From NCBI GenBank assembly GCA_963663165.1, contig OY760175.1, forward strand, positions 4,160,001 to 4,224,000: a DNA stretch of 64,000 bases, written 5' to 3'. This document shows positions 1 to 9,855 of this stretch, piece by piece. This DNA comes from an uncultured Desulfospira sp. (lineage in GTDB: Bacteria > Desulfobacterota > Desulfobacteria > Desulfobacterales > Desulfobacteraceae). The notes below the pieces were generated by a model. That model saw only the letters and a list, made by a program, of their open reading frames with translations, was not told the DNA's origin and searched no databases. The position numbers and the translations under genes are program-made. How positions within the stretch are numbered: position 1 is the stretch's first letter; each line of letters opens with the position of its first letter.

Positions 1-1
1 C

Positions 2-115
2 AAGGAAACCTATGAACTTGAACCCGGGGACAGTGCCTATTATCTGTCCACCACCCCCCACTATATTACGGCAAAAACGGAAAAAGCCACCATACTCGCT
101 GTCCTATATGAATAA
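2..115 (+). CDS. 3' end of a cupin-domain protein (probably XRE/cupin regulator), cut by the window edge
   Basis: Frame 2 reads KETYELEPGDSAYYLSTTPHYI...VLYE*, a typical cupin C-terminal motif. Confidence 0.65.
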   Translation, partial: KETYELEPGDSAYYLSTTPHYITAKTEKATILAVLYE

Positions 116-134
116 TGAACGCTTTTCGCCTTTT

Positions 135-190
135 GCTAACAGCTAACCGCTAACGGCTAATAGCTAAAAGCTAACAGCTAATAGCTAAAA
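135..190 (+). repeat. Heptamer tandem repeat GCTAA(C/T/A)N x8
   Basis: gctaaca gctaacc gctaacg gctaata gctaaaa gctaaca gctaata gctaaaa, abutting the RBS of the next gene. Confidence 0.9.
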
Positions 191-202
191 AGGAGATCAT
201 CC

Positions 203-2152
203 ATGCTCAAAAAACTATGGGAACCATCTGAAGAACGCATCAAAAGCACCAATATGTACCGGTTCATGACCCTGGTGAACGAAAAATTCAACCAGGGTTT
301 CAATGAATACGCCCCCTTGTGGGAATGGTCGGTCAACCACCTGGAAGATTTCTGGGACACGGCATGGAAGTTCTTGGAAATTAAATATTCCGCGCCCTAT
401 TCAAAGGCCGTTGAAAACCCGGATAAAATGCCCGGGGCCAAATTTTTTCCTGGTGCAAAGCTTAACTTTGCAGAAAACCTGCTTCAGTTCAGAAATGACC
501 GGACCGCCCTGATTTTCAGGGGAGAGGATGAGGTCCGAAGGACCCTGACCTATAATGAGCTGTACGACGAAGTGGCAAAGACCGCGTCGGCTTTAAAAGC
601 CATGGGCGTTCAAAAAGGAGACCGGGTGGTGGGGTTTGTCCCCAATATGCCCGAATCCATCATTGCCATGCTGTCGGCAGTCAGCTTAGGGGCCATCTGG
701 TCGTCTTGTTCCCCTGATTTCGGCATCAAAGGGGTGCTGGACCGGTTCGGCCAGACCCGGCCGAAGGTGCTGTTCACGGCTGACGGATACTATTTTAAAG
801 GCAAACCCTTAGACAGCCTTCAGCGGATTGCCGGTATTGTCAAGGAACTGCCCTCCATTGAAAAAATCGTGGTCATCCCCTATGTCAGTGCGACGCCGGA
901 TATTTCTATTCTGGACAATGCGGTCCACCTGGAGGATTTCCAGGACCACACGGCCACGGAAATTGAATTTGAACAGGTGGAATTTGACCATCCCCTGTAC
1001 ATCATGTACTCCTCGGGAACCACGGGCCTTCCCAAGTGCATGGTCCAAAGCCAGGGCGGGGTCCTGCTCCATCAGAAAAAGGAACTGGTCCTTCACACCG
1101 ACCTTAAAGAAGAGGATGTCATCTTTTACTTTACCACCTGTGGCTGGATGATGTGGAACTGGCTGACCTGTTCTTTGAGTGTGGGGGCTACCCTGGTGCT
1201 CTACGACGGCAACCCATTTCATCCGGGGCCCGATGCCTTGTGGAAAATGGCAGAAGATGAAAAAATTACGGTTTTCGGCACCAGTGCCGGCTATATTGAA
1301 GCCTTGAAAAATGCCGGGGTCAAACCCAAAGCGCAATTTGACCTTTCAGCCCTGAAATCCGTTCTTTCCACAGGCTCCCCCTTGTCAGACGAGAACTTTG
1401 AGTTCATTTATCTTCAGGTCAAAAGCGACCTGCAGCTGGCCTCCATTTCCGGGGGCTCAGACCTGAACGGCTGTTTTGCCTTAGGCAACCCCATGGGACC
1501 CGTATACACGGGCCAGCTCCAGTGCCGGGGCCTTGGCATGAAAGTCTATGCCTATGACGAAACCGGCACCCCGGTGGTGGGGCAGCAGGCCGAACTGGTC
1601 TGTGCGGCGCCCTTCCCGTCCATGCCCATTTACTTTTGGGGGGATGACGACGGCTCCAAGTACCATTCCGCCTATTTTGACGAATTTCCGGGAATCTGGA
1701 CCCATGGGGATTTTGTCATGGTTACCGAACAGGGCGGGGTCATTATGTTTGGCCGGTCCGACGCCACATTGAACCCGGGCGGGGTCCGGATCGGGACCGC
1801 TGAAATCTACCGCCGGCTGGACGCCATGGAAGAACTCGAAGATTCGGTGGTGGTGGGCCAGCCTTGGGAAAATGACGTCCGGGTCATTTTGTTTGTCAAA
1901 ATGGCACAAGGATTTGAGCTGACCAAGGAGCTGGAACAAAAAATCCGGAGTGATATCAGGGCCAATGCATCGCCGCGCCATGTTCCGGCCAAAATCATTG
2001 CCTGTCCGGATGTCCCCTACACGTTGAACATGAAAAAAGTGGAACTGGCCGTCAAGAAGATGATTGAAGGCAAGGAAGTCAAAAATAAGGATGCGTTAAA
2101 GAACCCCGAGGCCCTGGATTTCTTTGGAGATTTAGAAGAGTTGAAATCTTAA
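203..2152 (+). CDS. Acetoacetate--CoA ligase (AMP-forming acyl-CoA synthetase family)
   Basis: 649 aa; YSSGTTGLPK AMP-binding motif, TTCGWMMWNW and GRSDATLNPGGVRIG; AGGAG RBS. Confidence 0.92.
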   Translation: MLKKLWEPSEERIKSTNMYRFMTLVNEKFNQGFNEYAPLWEWSVNHLEDFWDTAWKFLEIKYSAPYSKAVENPDKMPGAKFFPGAKLNFAENLLQFRNDRTALIFRGEDEVRRTLTYNELYDEVAKTASALKAMGVQKGDRVVGFVPNMPESIIAMLSAVSLGAIWSSCSPDFGIKGVLDRFGQTRPKVLFTADGYYFKGKPLDSLQRIAGIVKELPSIEKIVVIPYVSATPDISILDNAVHLEDFQDHTATEIEFEQVEFDHPLYIMYSSGTTGLPKCMVQSQGGVLLHQKKELVLHTDLKEEDVIFYFTTCGWMMWNWLTCSLSVGATLVLYDGNPFHPGPDALWKMAEDEKITVFGTSAGYIEALKNAGVKPKAQFDLSALKSVLSTGSPLSDENFEFIYLQVKSDLQLASISGGSDLNGCFALGNPMGPVYTGQLQCRGLGMKVYAYDETGTPVVGQQAELVCAAPFPSMPIYFWGDDDGSKYHSAYFDEFPGIWTHGDFVMVTEQGGVIMFGRSDATLNPGGVRIGTAEIYRRLDAMEELEDSVVVGQPWENDVRVILFVKMAQGFELTKELEQKIRSDIRANASPRHVPAKIIACPDVPYTLNMKKVELAVKKMIEGKEVKNKDALKNPEALDFFGDLEELKS

Positions 2153-2177
2153 GGTCGCCTGAACGACAACGTTTGTT

Positions 2178-2221
2178 TGGCCGGCCCATCACAGGCACAA
2201 TTGCCTGTGATGGGCCGGCCA
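2178..2221. terminator. Perfect GC-rich hairpin, possible terminator
   Basis: tggccggcccatcacaggca-caat-tgcctgtgatgggccggcca just after the ligase stop; no clear U tract. Confidence 0.55.
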
Positions 2222-2306
2222 TGTTATAGTTCGTCGCAACTGAATGCGATACGTGGTCTCGTTCTTAAATGCAAGATGAATAGCAGGAAAAAAAGGACAT
2301 ATCCCA

Positions 2307-3128
2307 ATGAATAAGAAAATCCACACCCTGTTTTTTAGCGCCACCGGTACCACTGAAAAAATTGTAACCGATATGGCTGGGAAAATTGCCGGAAAGTATG
2401 GACAGGACATTCCGGTCAACCCCATTGACTTTACACTGCCGAAGGCCCGGGAAAACAGGCTTTCCTTTGACAAGGATGATCTGGTTATTGCGGGGGTTCC
2501 GGTTATCGCCGGCCGTGTCCCCAATGTATTGCTCAAATTCTTAAATACTATTGAAGGCAACGGGGCCATGGCCGTGGCCGTGGTTCTCTATGGAAACCGA
2601 AATTATGACGATGCCTTAATAGAGTTCAAGGATATATTGGAGTCAGACGGGTTTAAGGTGATGGCCGCCGGCGCATTTATCGGTGAACACTCCTTTTCAA
2701 CAACCCTTGCCGCCAACCGGCCGGACGATCAGGATATGGCTCTGGCCGCTGAGTTTGCCGCAAAGGTATATGATAAAATAAAGACAGGGGGCAAAGGGCC
2801 TGCCCTTGAGGTAAAAGGAAATCAACCTTATAGAGACTATTACCGGCCCAAGGGTCCGGACGGCAACATCATCAGTATCCTCAAGGTTATTCCCAAAACA
2901 AACAGTGACTGCACCGACTGCAAGCTGTGCAGTGAAATCTGCCCCATGGGCTCCATTGATTACGACGATGTGTCCAAAATAACCGGTATTTGTATTAAAT
3001 GTTGTGCCTGTATTAAAAAATGCCCGGTGGGGGCAAAATATTTTGATGATGAAAATTATCTATGGCATAAAACCGAACTGGAGGATAAACTAACCCATAC
3101 AAGACAGGAACCGGAATATTTTATTTAA
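2307..3128 (+). CDS. EFR1-family ferredoxin (flavodoxin-like fold plus 2x[4Fe-4S])
   Basis: FSATGTT N-terminus, YGNRNYDDAL, two CxxCxxCxxxCP motifs. Confidence 0.88.
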   Translation: MNKKIHTLFFSATGTTEKIVTDMAGKIAGKYGQDIPVNPIDFTLPKARENRLSFDKDDLVIAGVPVIAGRVPNVLLKFLNTIEGNGAMAVAVVLYGNRNYDDALIEFKDILESDGFKVMAAGAFIGEHSFSTTLAANRPDDQDMALAAEFAAKVYDKIKTGGKGPALEVKGNQPYRDYYRPKGPDGNIISILKVIPKTNSDCTDCKLCSEICPMGSIDYDDVSKITGICIKCCACIKKCPVGAKYFDDENYLWHKTELEDKLTHTRQEPEYFI

Positions 3129-3139
3129 AAAGGAGGCTT

Positions 3140-3511
3140 ATGGACAAAAAACCCCTCCCGGACGTGTTTTTTCATTTCAGGTTCAAGTTTTTGGCCATCA
3201 CCACGATTGCCTTTTTATTTTATGTGATTCTGTCCGGTTCTTCGGATTTCAGACAGTTTGCGGACAGCATTCAGTTTAAATTAATGGGCCCGGTGTTTAT
3301 CTTGAGCGGCATCATGTTTCTGGTGTTCCGGAAATTTCCCATCAAATGCCCTCACTGCCATAAAATTGTTTCCACCAAAAAGGACTGGGTATGTCCCGAA
3401 TGCGGCAAATCCCAGGGAAAAGAAAGGTATCTCATAGATAAATGCACCCATTGCCGCCAGGTGGCGGCAACGGGTGCATGCGATCACTGCAAAAAAGAAT
3501 TCCGATTATAG
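3140..3511 (+). CDS. Hypothetical 2-TM protein with C-terminal zinc ribbons
   Basis: Two hydrophobic helices then four CxxC pairs; AGGAGG RBS. Confidence 0.7.
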   Translation: MDKKPLPDVFFHFRFKFLAITTIAFLFYVILSGSSDFRQFADSIQFKLMGPVFILSGIMFLVFRKFPIKCPHCHKIVSTKKDWVCPECGKSQGKERYLIDKCTHCRQVAATGACDHCKKEFRL

Positions 3512-3548
3512 CCTGTTATAAAGGCCGGCGGCTTTGTGCTGGCGGTTG

Positions 3549-4397
3549 TTATAAATATTTGTCCAGGGAGGTGCTGAAGGCTTCCATGACCATATCGGCG
3601 ATCATCTGATCCAGGGTCTGCCCCATTTTTTCAAGAACATCGGCGGTCGAGGTCTCTTCCTCGTCTTCTTCGGCCTTGTCCAGGTAATGCTGGAACAGGG
3701 ACGCCAGGGGCTGCCGGGCCTTTTCAAGAAGTTTTTCTTCGCGTTCAGCCAGTTTTTCAGTCATTTTTTCAAGGATGCTCTGGGCCTTTTCAACGGCACT
3801 GGTTTTCCGGGTATCAGATGAGCCGGATTCACTGTCCTGTTCCGTATCCGGCAGGGACGCGGCATCGGTTGTGCCTAAGGCCGCGCCGGTGCTTTTCTCC
3901 ATTACGGAATAGCCGGTGGCATAACTGATATCGGCGGTAAACATGGAAATGGAATCATAGTCTTCCATGGCCATGAGCACGGCCTGGCCAATGGCCCCCT
4001 TCATATCCCCTTCCACGACCTCGCCGATCACCTCATCAATTCCCTTGATGATGGCCTCAATATCGGCCAGTTCTTCTTCATTTAAATCTCCCTGAACGGA
4101 AAATGAAAAGGTTTCCCCGGTGGTCAGGGTGATTTCACTGTAGTTGGTGGTGACCATGGCGGTGCCGGAATCGGTTTCCACCATTCCCTGGCTGTTATAG
4201 CTGTATGAAGAATATTGCGAAAGAGAAGACGAGGAAAGGGTCACAACATCTCCCTCCCGGGTCTGAATGGTCAGCCCGGTACTCAGTTCAGAGTAGACCT
4301 CCATCTGGCTTGTGGTGCTGCTCAAAGACGCCTCTTGCAGTCCTTGATAATTTTGGGCCGACATCCCTGTGCCTGAAGTTTGGGCTATGCTGCTCAT
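3549..4397 (-). CDS. Hypothetical acidic Ser/Thr-rich protein
   Basis: ORF with AAAGGAGG before MSSIAQ; TIQTREGDVVTL and FSVQGDLNEEELADI segments. Confidence 0.7.
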   Translation of the reverse strand: MSSIAQTSGTGMSAQNYQGLQEASLSSTTSQMEVYSELSTGLTIQTREGDVVTLSSSSLSQYSSYSYNSQGMVETDSGTAMVTTNYSEITLTTGETFSFSVQGDLNEEELADIEAIIKGIDEVIGEVVEGDMKGAIGQAVLMAMEDYDSISMFTADISYATGYSVMEKSTGAALGTTDAASLPDTEQDSESGSSDTRKTSAVEKAQSILEKMTEKLAEREEKLLEKARQPLASLFQHYLDKAEEDEEETSTADVLEKMGQTLDQMIADMVMEAFSTSLDKYL

Positions 4398-4544
4398 TTT
4401 CGTTCCTCCTTTAACGAATTTTTTGCTCTCTTTAGAATACGCTATCGGCAACTATGAAGAAAAATTGAGGGGAAATTTTCTTTGATATTTGGAAAGGCTT
4501 GTGCTATGTGTACACTTAAAGCACATAAAAAGAGAGGGGGCAAT

Positions 4545-4790
4545 ATGAATATAACACTTTCTGCCGATAAAAATTTGATTGAAAAATCAAGGATTTTTGC
4601 CAAGAAACATAATACATCGCTCAACCAGCTGGTTCGGGACTACTTGGCACGTCTCGTTTCCCAAGGAGAGTTAACCGAAATTGCCTTGGAGTTTGAACAG
4701 TTGGCCTTGAACAATTCAGGAAAATCTTTAGAAGGCTACTCGTTTAACCGGGATGAGATCTATTCGCGTTCAAAGGAGCAGGACGGTTGA
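4545..4790 (+). CDS. Antitoxin (RHH/DUF6364-like, VapB-type)
   Basis: MNITLSADKNLIEKSR...SLNQLVRDYL; overlaps the PIN gene. Confidence 0.8.
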   Translation: MNITLSADKNLIEKSRIFAKKHNTSLNQLVRDYLARLVSQGELTEIALEFEQLALNNSGKSLEGYSFNRDEIYSRSKEQDG

Positions 4791-5209
4791 AAAAAAAATT
4801 TATTGACACCAACATTATCATATATGCAAATGACGCCAGGGACAGACATAAACAGAAAACGGCCATTTCCCTTATCACCTCCTTAATGACTTCTCAGGAG
4901 GGAGTGATCTCCACTCAGGTATTGCAAGAATATGCTTACGTTGCCATTAGAAAACTAAATCAGGAGCCGGGAGTTGTCGTTCGCCAGCTTAAAATTCTCG
5001 AATCCTTTGAGGTCGTCAGACAATCTTCAGATATGATCCGCCGGGCCATAGAAATCATGCAGACTTATAAAATCAGTTTCTGGGATTCTTGCATCATCAG
5101 TAATGCTGAATATGCAAACTGTTCCGTTATCTATTCCGAAGACCTCAACTCCGGGCAGTATTATTCCGGAATTCAAATTTTGAATCCATTTTCAGCAGAC
5201 GGTGCCTGA
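4787..5209 (+). CDS. PIN-domain (VapC-like) toxin
   Basis: FIDTNIIIY, STQVLQE, SFWDS, YSED acidic PIN motifs. Confidence 0.9.
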   Translation: MKKKFIDTNIIIYANDARDRHKQKTAISLITSLMTSQEGVISTQVLQEYAYVAIRKLNQEPGVVVRQLKILESFEVVRQSSDMIRRAIEIMQTYKISFWDSCIISNAEYANCSVIYSEDLNSGQYYSGIQILNPFSADGA

Positions 5210-5235
5210 TGGCCAGTCAGGGGTAAAAACCCACC

Positions 5236-6048
5236 ATGGATACCTTTGGATTTACCCGGAAAAAGTTTTGTTCCCTTGCCCAGGCAGCCCGGCACCGGCA
5301 TGTGATGGCCTGGCTTTCAAAAACCTACCAGCAGCTGGTCACCGGCCGGGTTTCTCCGGATGCCTTTTTTGATTTTTGTTCCCGGTATGAATCCCTCCTT
5401 GGCTGGATGGGGAAGGCCGTGCCGGTCCGCCCTGAAGGCAATGACCCAAGAGGCTTTATTGAATACGTATCCAATGCCGTTCACTTTCACCGGCAGGCGG
5501 CCGGGATTGTTGGGCGGGATGAGAATCTGCTGCCCTGCGCCCAAACTTCGGATAAACCCCAGGAGGGTTCCAGGCCGGTGTCTGGAAGAAATATCATCCT
5601 GGCCCTGGACGGATTAAGAAGCCTTTTTAACGTGGGGTCTGTTTTCAGAACCTGTGACGGGGCCGGTATCAGAACCATTATTTTAGGGAACACCCCGGGA
5701 AAAGAAGACCCGCGGGTCAGGAAAACCAGCATGGGAAGCCATGAATGGATTCATCAGGAAACAACCTCGGACCTGGGCCAGAGCCTTTTGGATAAAAAAA
5801 GAAACGGATACCGGATTATCGGCGTTGAAACCATTAAAGGCGCTGCGGCGGTCCATGAGTTTGCCTGGCCTTCAAAGGCGGTGCTGGTATTCGGCAATGA
5901 GGAGTTCGGCATCTCCTCTCATGTCATGGCGGTCTGCGACGAATTCATCCACATCCCCATGTTTGGCCGGAAAAATTCCCTTAACGTGGCCAATGCCGTA
6001 TCCGTGGTTTTGTTCCAGGCCGTCCTCAGTGCCGAAACCCGCCAGTAA
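5236..6048 (+). CDS. TrmH/SpoU-family RNA methyltransferase
   Basis: NVGSVFRT, FGNEEFG, IPMFGRKNSLNVANA SPOUT motifs. Confidence 0.9.
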   Translation: MDTFGFTRKKFCSLAQAARHRHVMAWLSKTYQQLVTGRVSPDAFFDFCSRYESLLGWMGKAVPVRPEGNDPRGFIEYVSNAVHFHRQAAGIVGRDENLLPCAQTSDKPQEGSRPVSGRNIILALDGLRSLFNVGSVFRTCDGAGIRTIILGNTPGKEDPRVRKTSMGSHEWIHQETTSDLGQSLLDKKRNGYRIIGVETIKGAAAVHEFAWPSKAVLVFGNEEFGISSHVMAVCDEFIHIPMFGRKNSLNVANAVSVVLFQAVLSAETRQ

Positions 6049-6086
6049 TTTGAACATATACCAAAGGGATGGGGCATACATTCAGC

Positions 6087-6119
6087 AAGGGGCCGGGAAA
6101 CATCCCGGCCCCTTTTTTG
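6087..6119 (+). terminator. Rho-independent terminator
   Basis: ggggccggga-aaca-tcccggcccc followed by T6, between convergent genes. Confidence 0.8.
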
Positions 6120-6145
6120 TTTGCGCTTTCGGGTGTGGCCAAAGA

Positions 6146-7489
6146 TCAGGTGCCGAAAAAAAGATGGGGCAGCCAGGTCACCAGAGCGGGAAACAGGCTA
6201 AGAATAATGATACAGACCACCTGAAGGACCACAAAGGGCAGAATGCCTTTATAAATGTGCATCATGGTATATTGAGGCGGCGCCACCCCTTTAAAGTAGA
6301 ACAGGGCATAGCCAAAGGGCGGGGTTAAAAACGAGGTCTGAAGGTTGACGCACAGGAGAATGGAGAACCAGAGCGGGTTGAACTCAATTTCCATGGCAAT
6401 GGGCATGAAAATCGGGACCGTGACCAGCAGGATGGCTGCCCAGTCAATGAACATCCCCATTAAAAAAACAATGAGCATCATCACCAGCAGGATCAGCCAC
6501 CGGTTCATGCCGGAGCCGATGAGCAGATCGGCCACCACATCACCGCCGCCCATGCTTAAGAATACCGTACTGAAAAACTTGCCCCCCACAAACAACAGCA
6601 TGACCATGGCAGTGGTTTTCAGGGTGGCAAAGCTGGCATCCCTTAGAACGGTCAGGTTCAGCTTCTTATTGAGGGCCGCCAGAATCATGGCCCCGGCAGC
6701 CCCGAGCCCGGCCGCTTCAGTGGGGGTGGCCACCCCGGCCAGGATGGTTCCCATGACCGCCAGAATAAGAATCAACGGAGGGAGCAGGCTTTTTAAGGTC
6801 ATGCCCCATTTCTGGGCCGCCGTGTAGGTGCCGGCCTCTTGCCTTGAAATGGGCGGACCCAGTTCCGGGCTGATGTTGCAACGGATGAAAATATAAAGAA
6901 AATAAAGGCCTGCCAGAAGCAAGCCCGGAAAAATGGCCCCGGCAAACAAATTGCCCACGGACGTTTCTTTTAAACCGGTCAGCCCGCCGTACACCACCAT
7001 CATGATACTGGGAGGGATCAGGATGCCCAGGGTTCCTGAAGCGCAGATAATGCCCGAGGTCAGCTCTTTCTGGTATCCCTTGTTGATCAGGGCCGGCGTG
7101 GCCAAAAGCCCCATGGCCACCACGGATGCGCCGATAATGCCTGTGGTGGCCGCAAATACCGTGCAGACCACCACCACGGCCAGGCCAAGCCCGCCTTTGA
7201 TGGACCCGAGGACCACATAAAGGGACTCAAACAGGGCGTCGGACACCTTGGAACGATCCAGCAGCTGGGCCATGAGAATGAACAACGGGATGGCCACAAG
7301 GGTATAGTTGTTCATCAGGCCCCAGGTGTTGTTGACAAACATGTTAAAGAGCATGGAGATGGAGAATCCATTGTCGATCAGACCGAACAAGGTGGCCACG
7401 GCCGCCAGGGTATAGGCCAGGGGATGGCCTAAAACAATGGCCAGGATCAGCAGAGCGAACATGGCCAGGGTCATTATTTCGGGGCTCAT
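6146..7489 (-). CDS. dctM: TRAP transporter large permease
   Basis: Multi-TM; GTLGILIPPSI, ATPTEAAG, FLTPPFG motifs. Confidence 0.93.
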   Translation of the reverse strand: MSPEIMTLAMFALLILAIVLGHPLAYTLAAVATLFGLIDNGFSISMLFNMFVNNTWGLMNNYTLVAIPLFILMAQLLDRSKVSDALFESLYVVLGSIKGGLGLAVVVVCTVFAATTGIIGASVVAMGLLATPALINKGYQKELTSGIICASGTLGILIPPSIMMVVYGGLTGLKETSVGNLFAGAIFPGLLLAGLYFLYIFIRCNISPELGPPISRQEAGTYTAAQKWGMTLKSLLPPLILILAVMGTILAGVATPTEAAGLGAAGAMILAALNKKLNLTVLRDASFATLKTTAMVMLLFVGGKFFSTVFLSMGGGDVVADLLIGSGMNRWLILLVMMLIVFLMGMFIDWAAILLVTVPIFMPIAMEIEFNPLWFSILLCVNLQTSFLTPPFGYALFYFKGVAPPQYTMMHIYKGILPFVVLQVVCIIILSLFPALVTWLPHLFFGT

Positions 7490-8001
7490 TTTTTACCTCC
7501 CCGGCCCATGCCGGCCAGATGGGTTATGTCGTTGATGAGGTTGGCAATTCCCTGTAACAGAAGAAAGAAAAAACAGACCGCCATTAAAATCTTAAGGGGC
7601 CAGATGGGCGGGGCCCAGCTGGTGGGGTTCACCTCAAGTCCTTTTGTGGAACTGTAGGCAAACAGGAAAGACCAGATGGTCAGGCAAACCATCACCGGCA
7701 TAAAAAAGAGCAGGTTGGTGCCAATTTTCAAAATGGTTTGGATTTTTTCGGGCATGTACAAGGTAAACACATCCACCTTGACATGGCCGTCATGAAAATC
7801 GGTATAGGCCAGGCCGAACATATAATGCAGGCCGTAAAGGAATGTGGTGGCTTCAAATCCCCAGGTTGTGGGAGCATTAAAAACATACCGCATAAACACT
7901 TCGTACACCACGACAAACAGCAGGGGATAAATCAGGTACGAAGACCATTCCCCCTCATATTTAATGATCATTTCCAGTTGTTTTGCAATAGGGTGTTGCA
8001 T
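7486..8001 (-). CDS. dctQ: TRAP transporter small permease
   Basis: 4-TM; EVFMRYVFNAPT and HVKVD; lies between dctP and dctM. Confidence 0.9.
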   Translation of the reverse strand: MQHPIAKQLEMIIKYEGEWSSYLIYPLLFVVVYEVFMRYVFNAPTTWGFEATTFLYGLHYMFGLAYTDFHDGHVKVDVFTLYMPEKIQTILKIGTNLLFFMPVMVCLTIWSFLFAYSSTKGLEVNPTSWAPPIWPLKILMAVCFFFLLLQGIANLINDITHLAGMGRGGKK

Positions 8002-8098
8002 GCGAAGACCTTTTGAACCTTAAGCCCGGGCCTGAAGCAGGCACCTTATAACCCGGCAAGGATGCCCGCCCAAAGCCGGCAAAAGACAAATTATAGGG

Positions 8099-9250
8099 TT
8101 ATTCCGTTGTTCTGCCGTTGACAAAAGCTTCATAGGGCCAGGGGGTGACACCGCTTCTGGAGTCGCGCCATACCGAATACTCTTCCGTAAAGGCTTCCTG
8201 GGAATCAAGGACTTCTTTGACATCCGGATATTTGGCTTTTACGGAATCCAGATAGGCTTTGGTGACTTTTCTGAACTCAATCACGGTTTCTTTATCCATT
8301 TTTACGATTTCAACATTTTCCTTGAACATCTTCATGGCCTTGGCGTTCAGGCTGTTGATCCAGTTGTAGCTCCACAGCTGGGTTTCTTTTGCACAGATAT
8401 TGATGATCCATTTAAGGTCCTCGGGCAGTTCGTCATAGGCTTTCTGGTTGAAGATGACGTCACATTGGAACGCGGGCTGGTGAACGCCGGGCTGGATGGC
8501 ATATTTGGTAATTTCATCAAATCCCATGGGGTAGTTAATGGCCGGGGTGGAATATTCTGCCGCATCAATCACGCCCCGTTCAAGGGCCAGGTAGACTTCG
8601 CCGCCAGGAAGGGGAGAAACCGAAGCCCCCAGTTGATTCATGATGTCCATGTACCAGCCGGGCGTCCGGATGCGCATCCCTTTGAAATCTTCCATTTTGG
8701 TGGCCTTTTTATTGGAGAAAAGCCCCATTTCCTGACCGGTCTGCCCGGCGGGAAGCGCAAAAATGCCGTGCTTGGCATACAGTTTTTGTAAAAGCGCCAA
8801 TCCCCCCTTTTCGTAAAGCCAGATGTTGTAGCCTTCGGCATCTAGGCCAAAGGGGACCGAGGCAAAGGCCACAAACGCTTCGTTTTTCCCTTTCCAGTAA
8901 AGCGGGGAGCCATGGGCCATTTGAACCGAGCCTGAGGAAACCGCATCAAAGGTCTGGTTGGCCGGCACCAGCTCCCCGGCAGAAAAGGGCTTTATGTCCA
9001 GCCGGCCCGCCGAAGCCAGGCGGACGCTGTCGGCAAAATGGGTGGCAATGTCATAAAACAAAAGGCCCTTGGACCAGGGCATGGCCATTTTCCACCGGAT
9101 TTCTTCAGTAGACGGCTTAAAACTGACGCGTTTGGCATCTTTGTGGCGCGGGTCCTGGCCAAATTTTTCCCTGGCACCGGCAAAGGGTGATCCACAGATA
9201 AAAAAAATAGCCGTACAGCAGGTGACTGCAACGATTAATGCTCTTTTCAT
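8099..9250 (-). CDS. dctP: TRAP substrate-binding protein (probably lactate/monocarboxylate type)
   Basis: Signal peptide; KGMRIRTPG, GEVYLALERGVIDAAE; divergent from GlcD/GlcF-like genes. Confidence 0.9.
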   Translation of the reverse strand: MKRALIVAVTCCTAIFFICGSPFAGAREKFGQDPRHKDAKRVSFKPSTEEIRWKMAMPWSKGLLFYDIATHFADSVRLASAGRLDIKPFSAGELVPANQTFDAVSSGSVQMAHGSPLYWKGKNEAFVAFASVPFGLDAEGYNIWLYEKGGLALLQKLYAKHGIFALPAGQTGQEMGLFSNKKATKMEDFKGMRIRTPGWYMDIMNQLGASVSPLPGGEVYLALERGVIDAAEYSTPAINYPMGFDEITKYAIQPGVHQPAFQCDVIFNQKAYDELPEDLKWIINICAKETQLWSYNWINSLNAKAMKMFKENVEIVKMDKETVIEFRKVTKAYLDSVKAKYPDVKEVLDSQEAFTEEYSVWRDSRSGVTPWPYEAFVNGRTTE

Positions 9251-9303
9251 GGTGTTCCTCCAGTTTTAAAATTTTAAAAAAGGTTCATGACACGGTATTT
9301 AAA

Positions 9304-9508
9304 TAACGGTCATACCCTTAAAGGGCAGAAACGGACCGTCTTTGATTATCCAGCCAGGCACCGCCCACAACGAATAATGAAAGCCTTCTCAGGATGTTTT
9401 ATATGAAAGAATCTGCAAGCTGCTGTAATTCTTTCATGCTTTGTTGTGGGCCGAACCGGATTAACAATCCAATCGGCCCGGTTTCTGCCCTTTAGGGTAT
9501 GGCCGTTA
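9304..9508. repeat. MITE/REP-like element with about 30-bp imperfect terminal inverted repeats
   Basis: taacggtcatacccttaaagggcagaaac ... gtttctgccctttagggtatggccgtta; interior matches the 18406-18585 repeat. Confidence 0.75.
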
Positions 9509-9622
9509 GTGAGCCTTTCATATAAAAATTAATGGGATGTTAGCGCCCTGTTTCCTCCTTTTCCCCCGGCCTTTTCTTAAATCAAAAGGGTAAAAACAAT
9601 TCAAATAATGAAAAATAAGCTA

Positions 9623-9832
9623 TGGTATTACCAATATCTATTTTGAGAAAATAATTTTGTCAAGAGAAAAATTAATTGAATTGATTTTTTTACTTGTATC
9701 TGTTATTTCAAACAAAGCGTTGCATTTCAGGCAGCCTAAAACCCGATAAATAGCGCTTTGGTAAATGGTATGACCATGGTATTTATTGCAAGTCGCCTTG
9801 TGAAAAAGCAATAATAAAATTTGGTATGACCA
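9623..9832. promoter_or_regulatory. Three FadR/GntR-type operators TGGTAT(T/G)ACCA
   Basis: Palindromes at 9623-9633, 9766-9776 and 9822-9832 in the divergent promoter region; FadR-family gene at 12653. Confidence 0.75.
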
Positions 9833-9855
9833 TATTCCATGAAGGGAGGCAATTG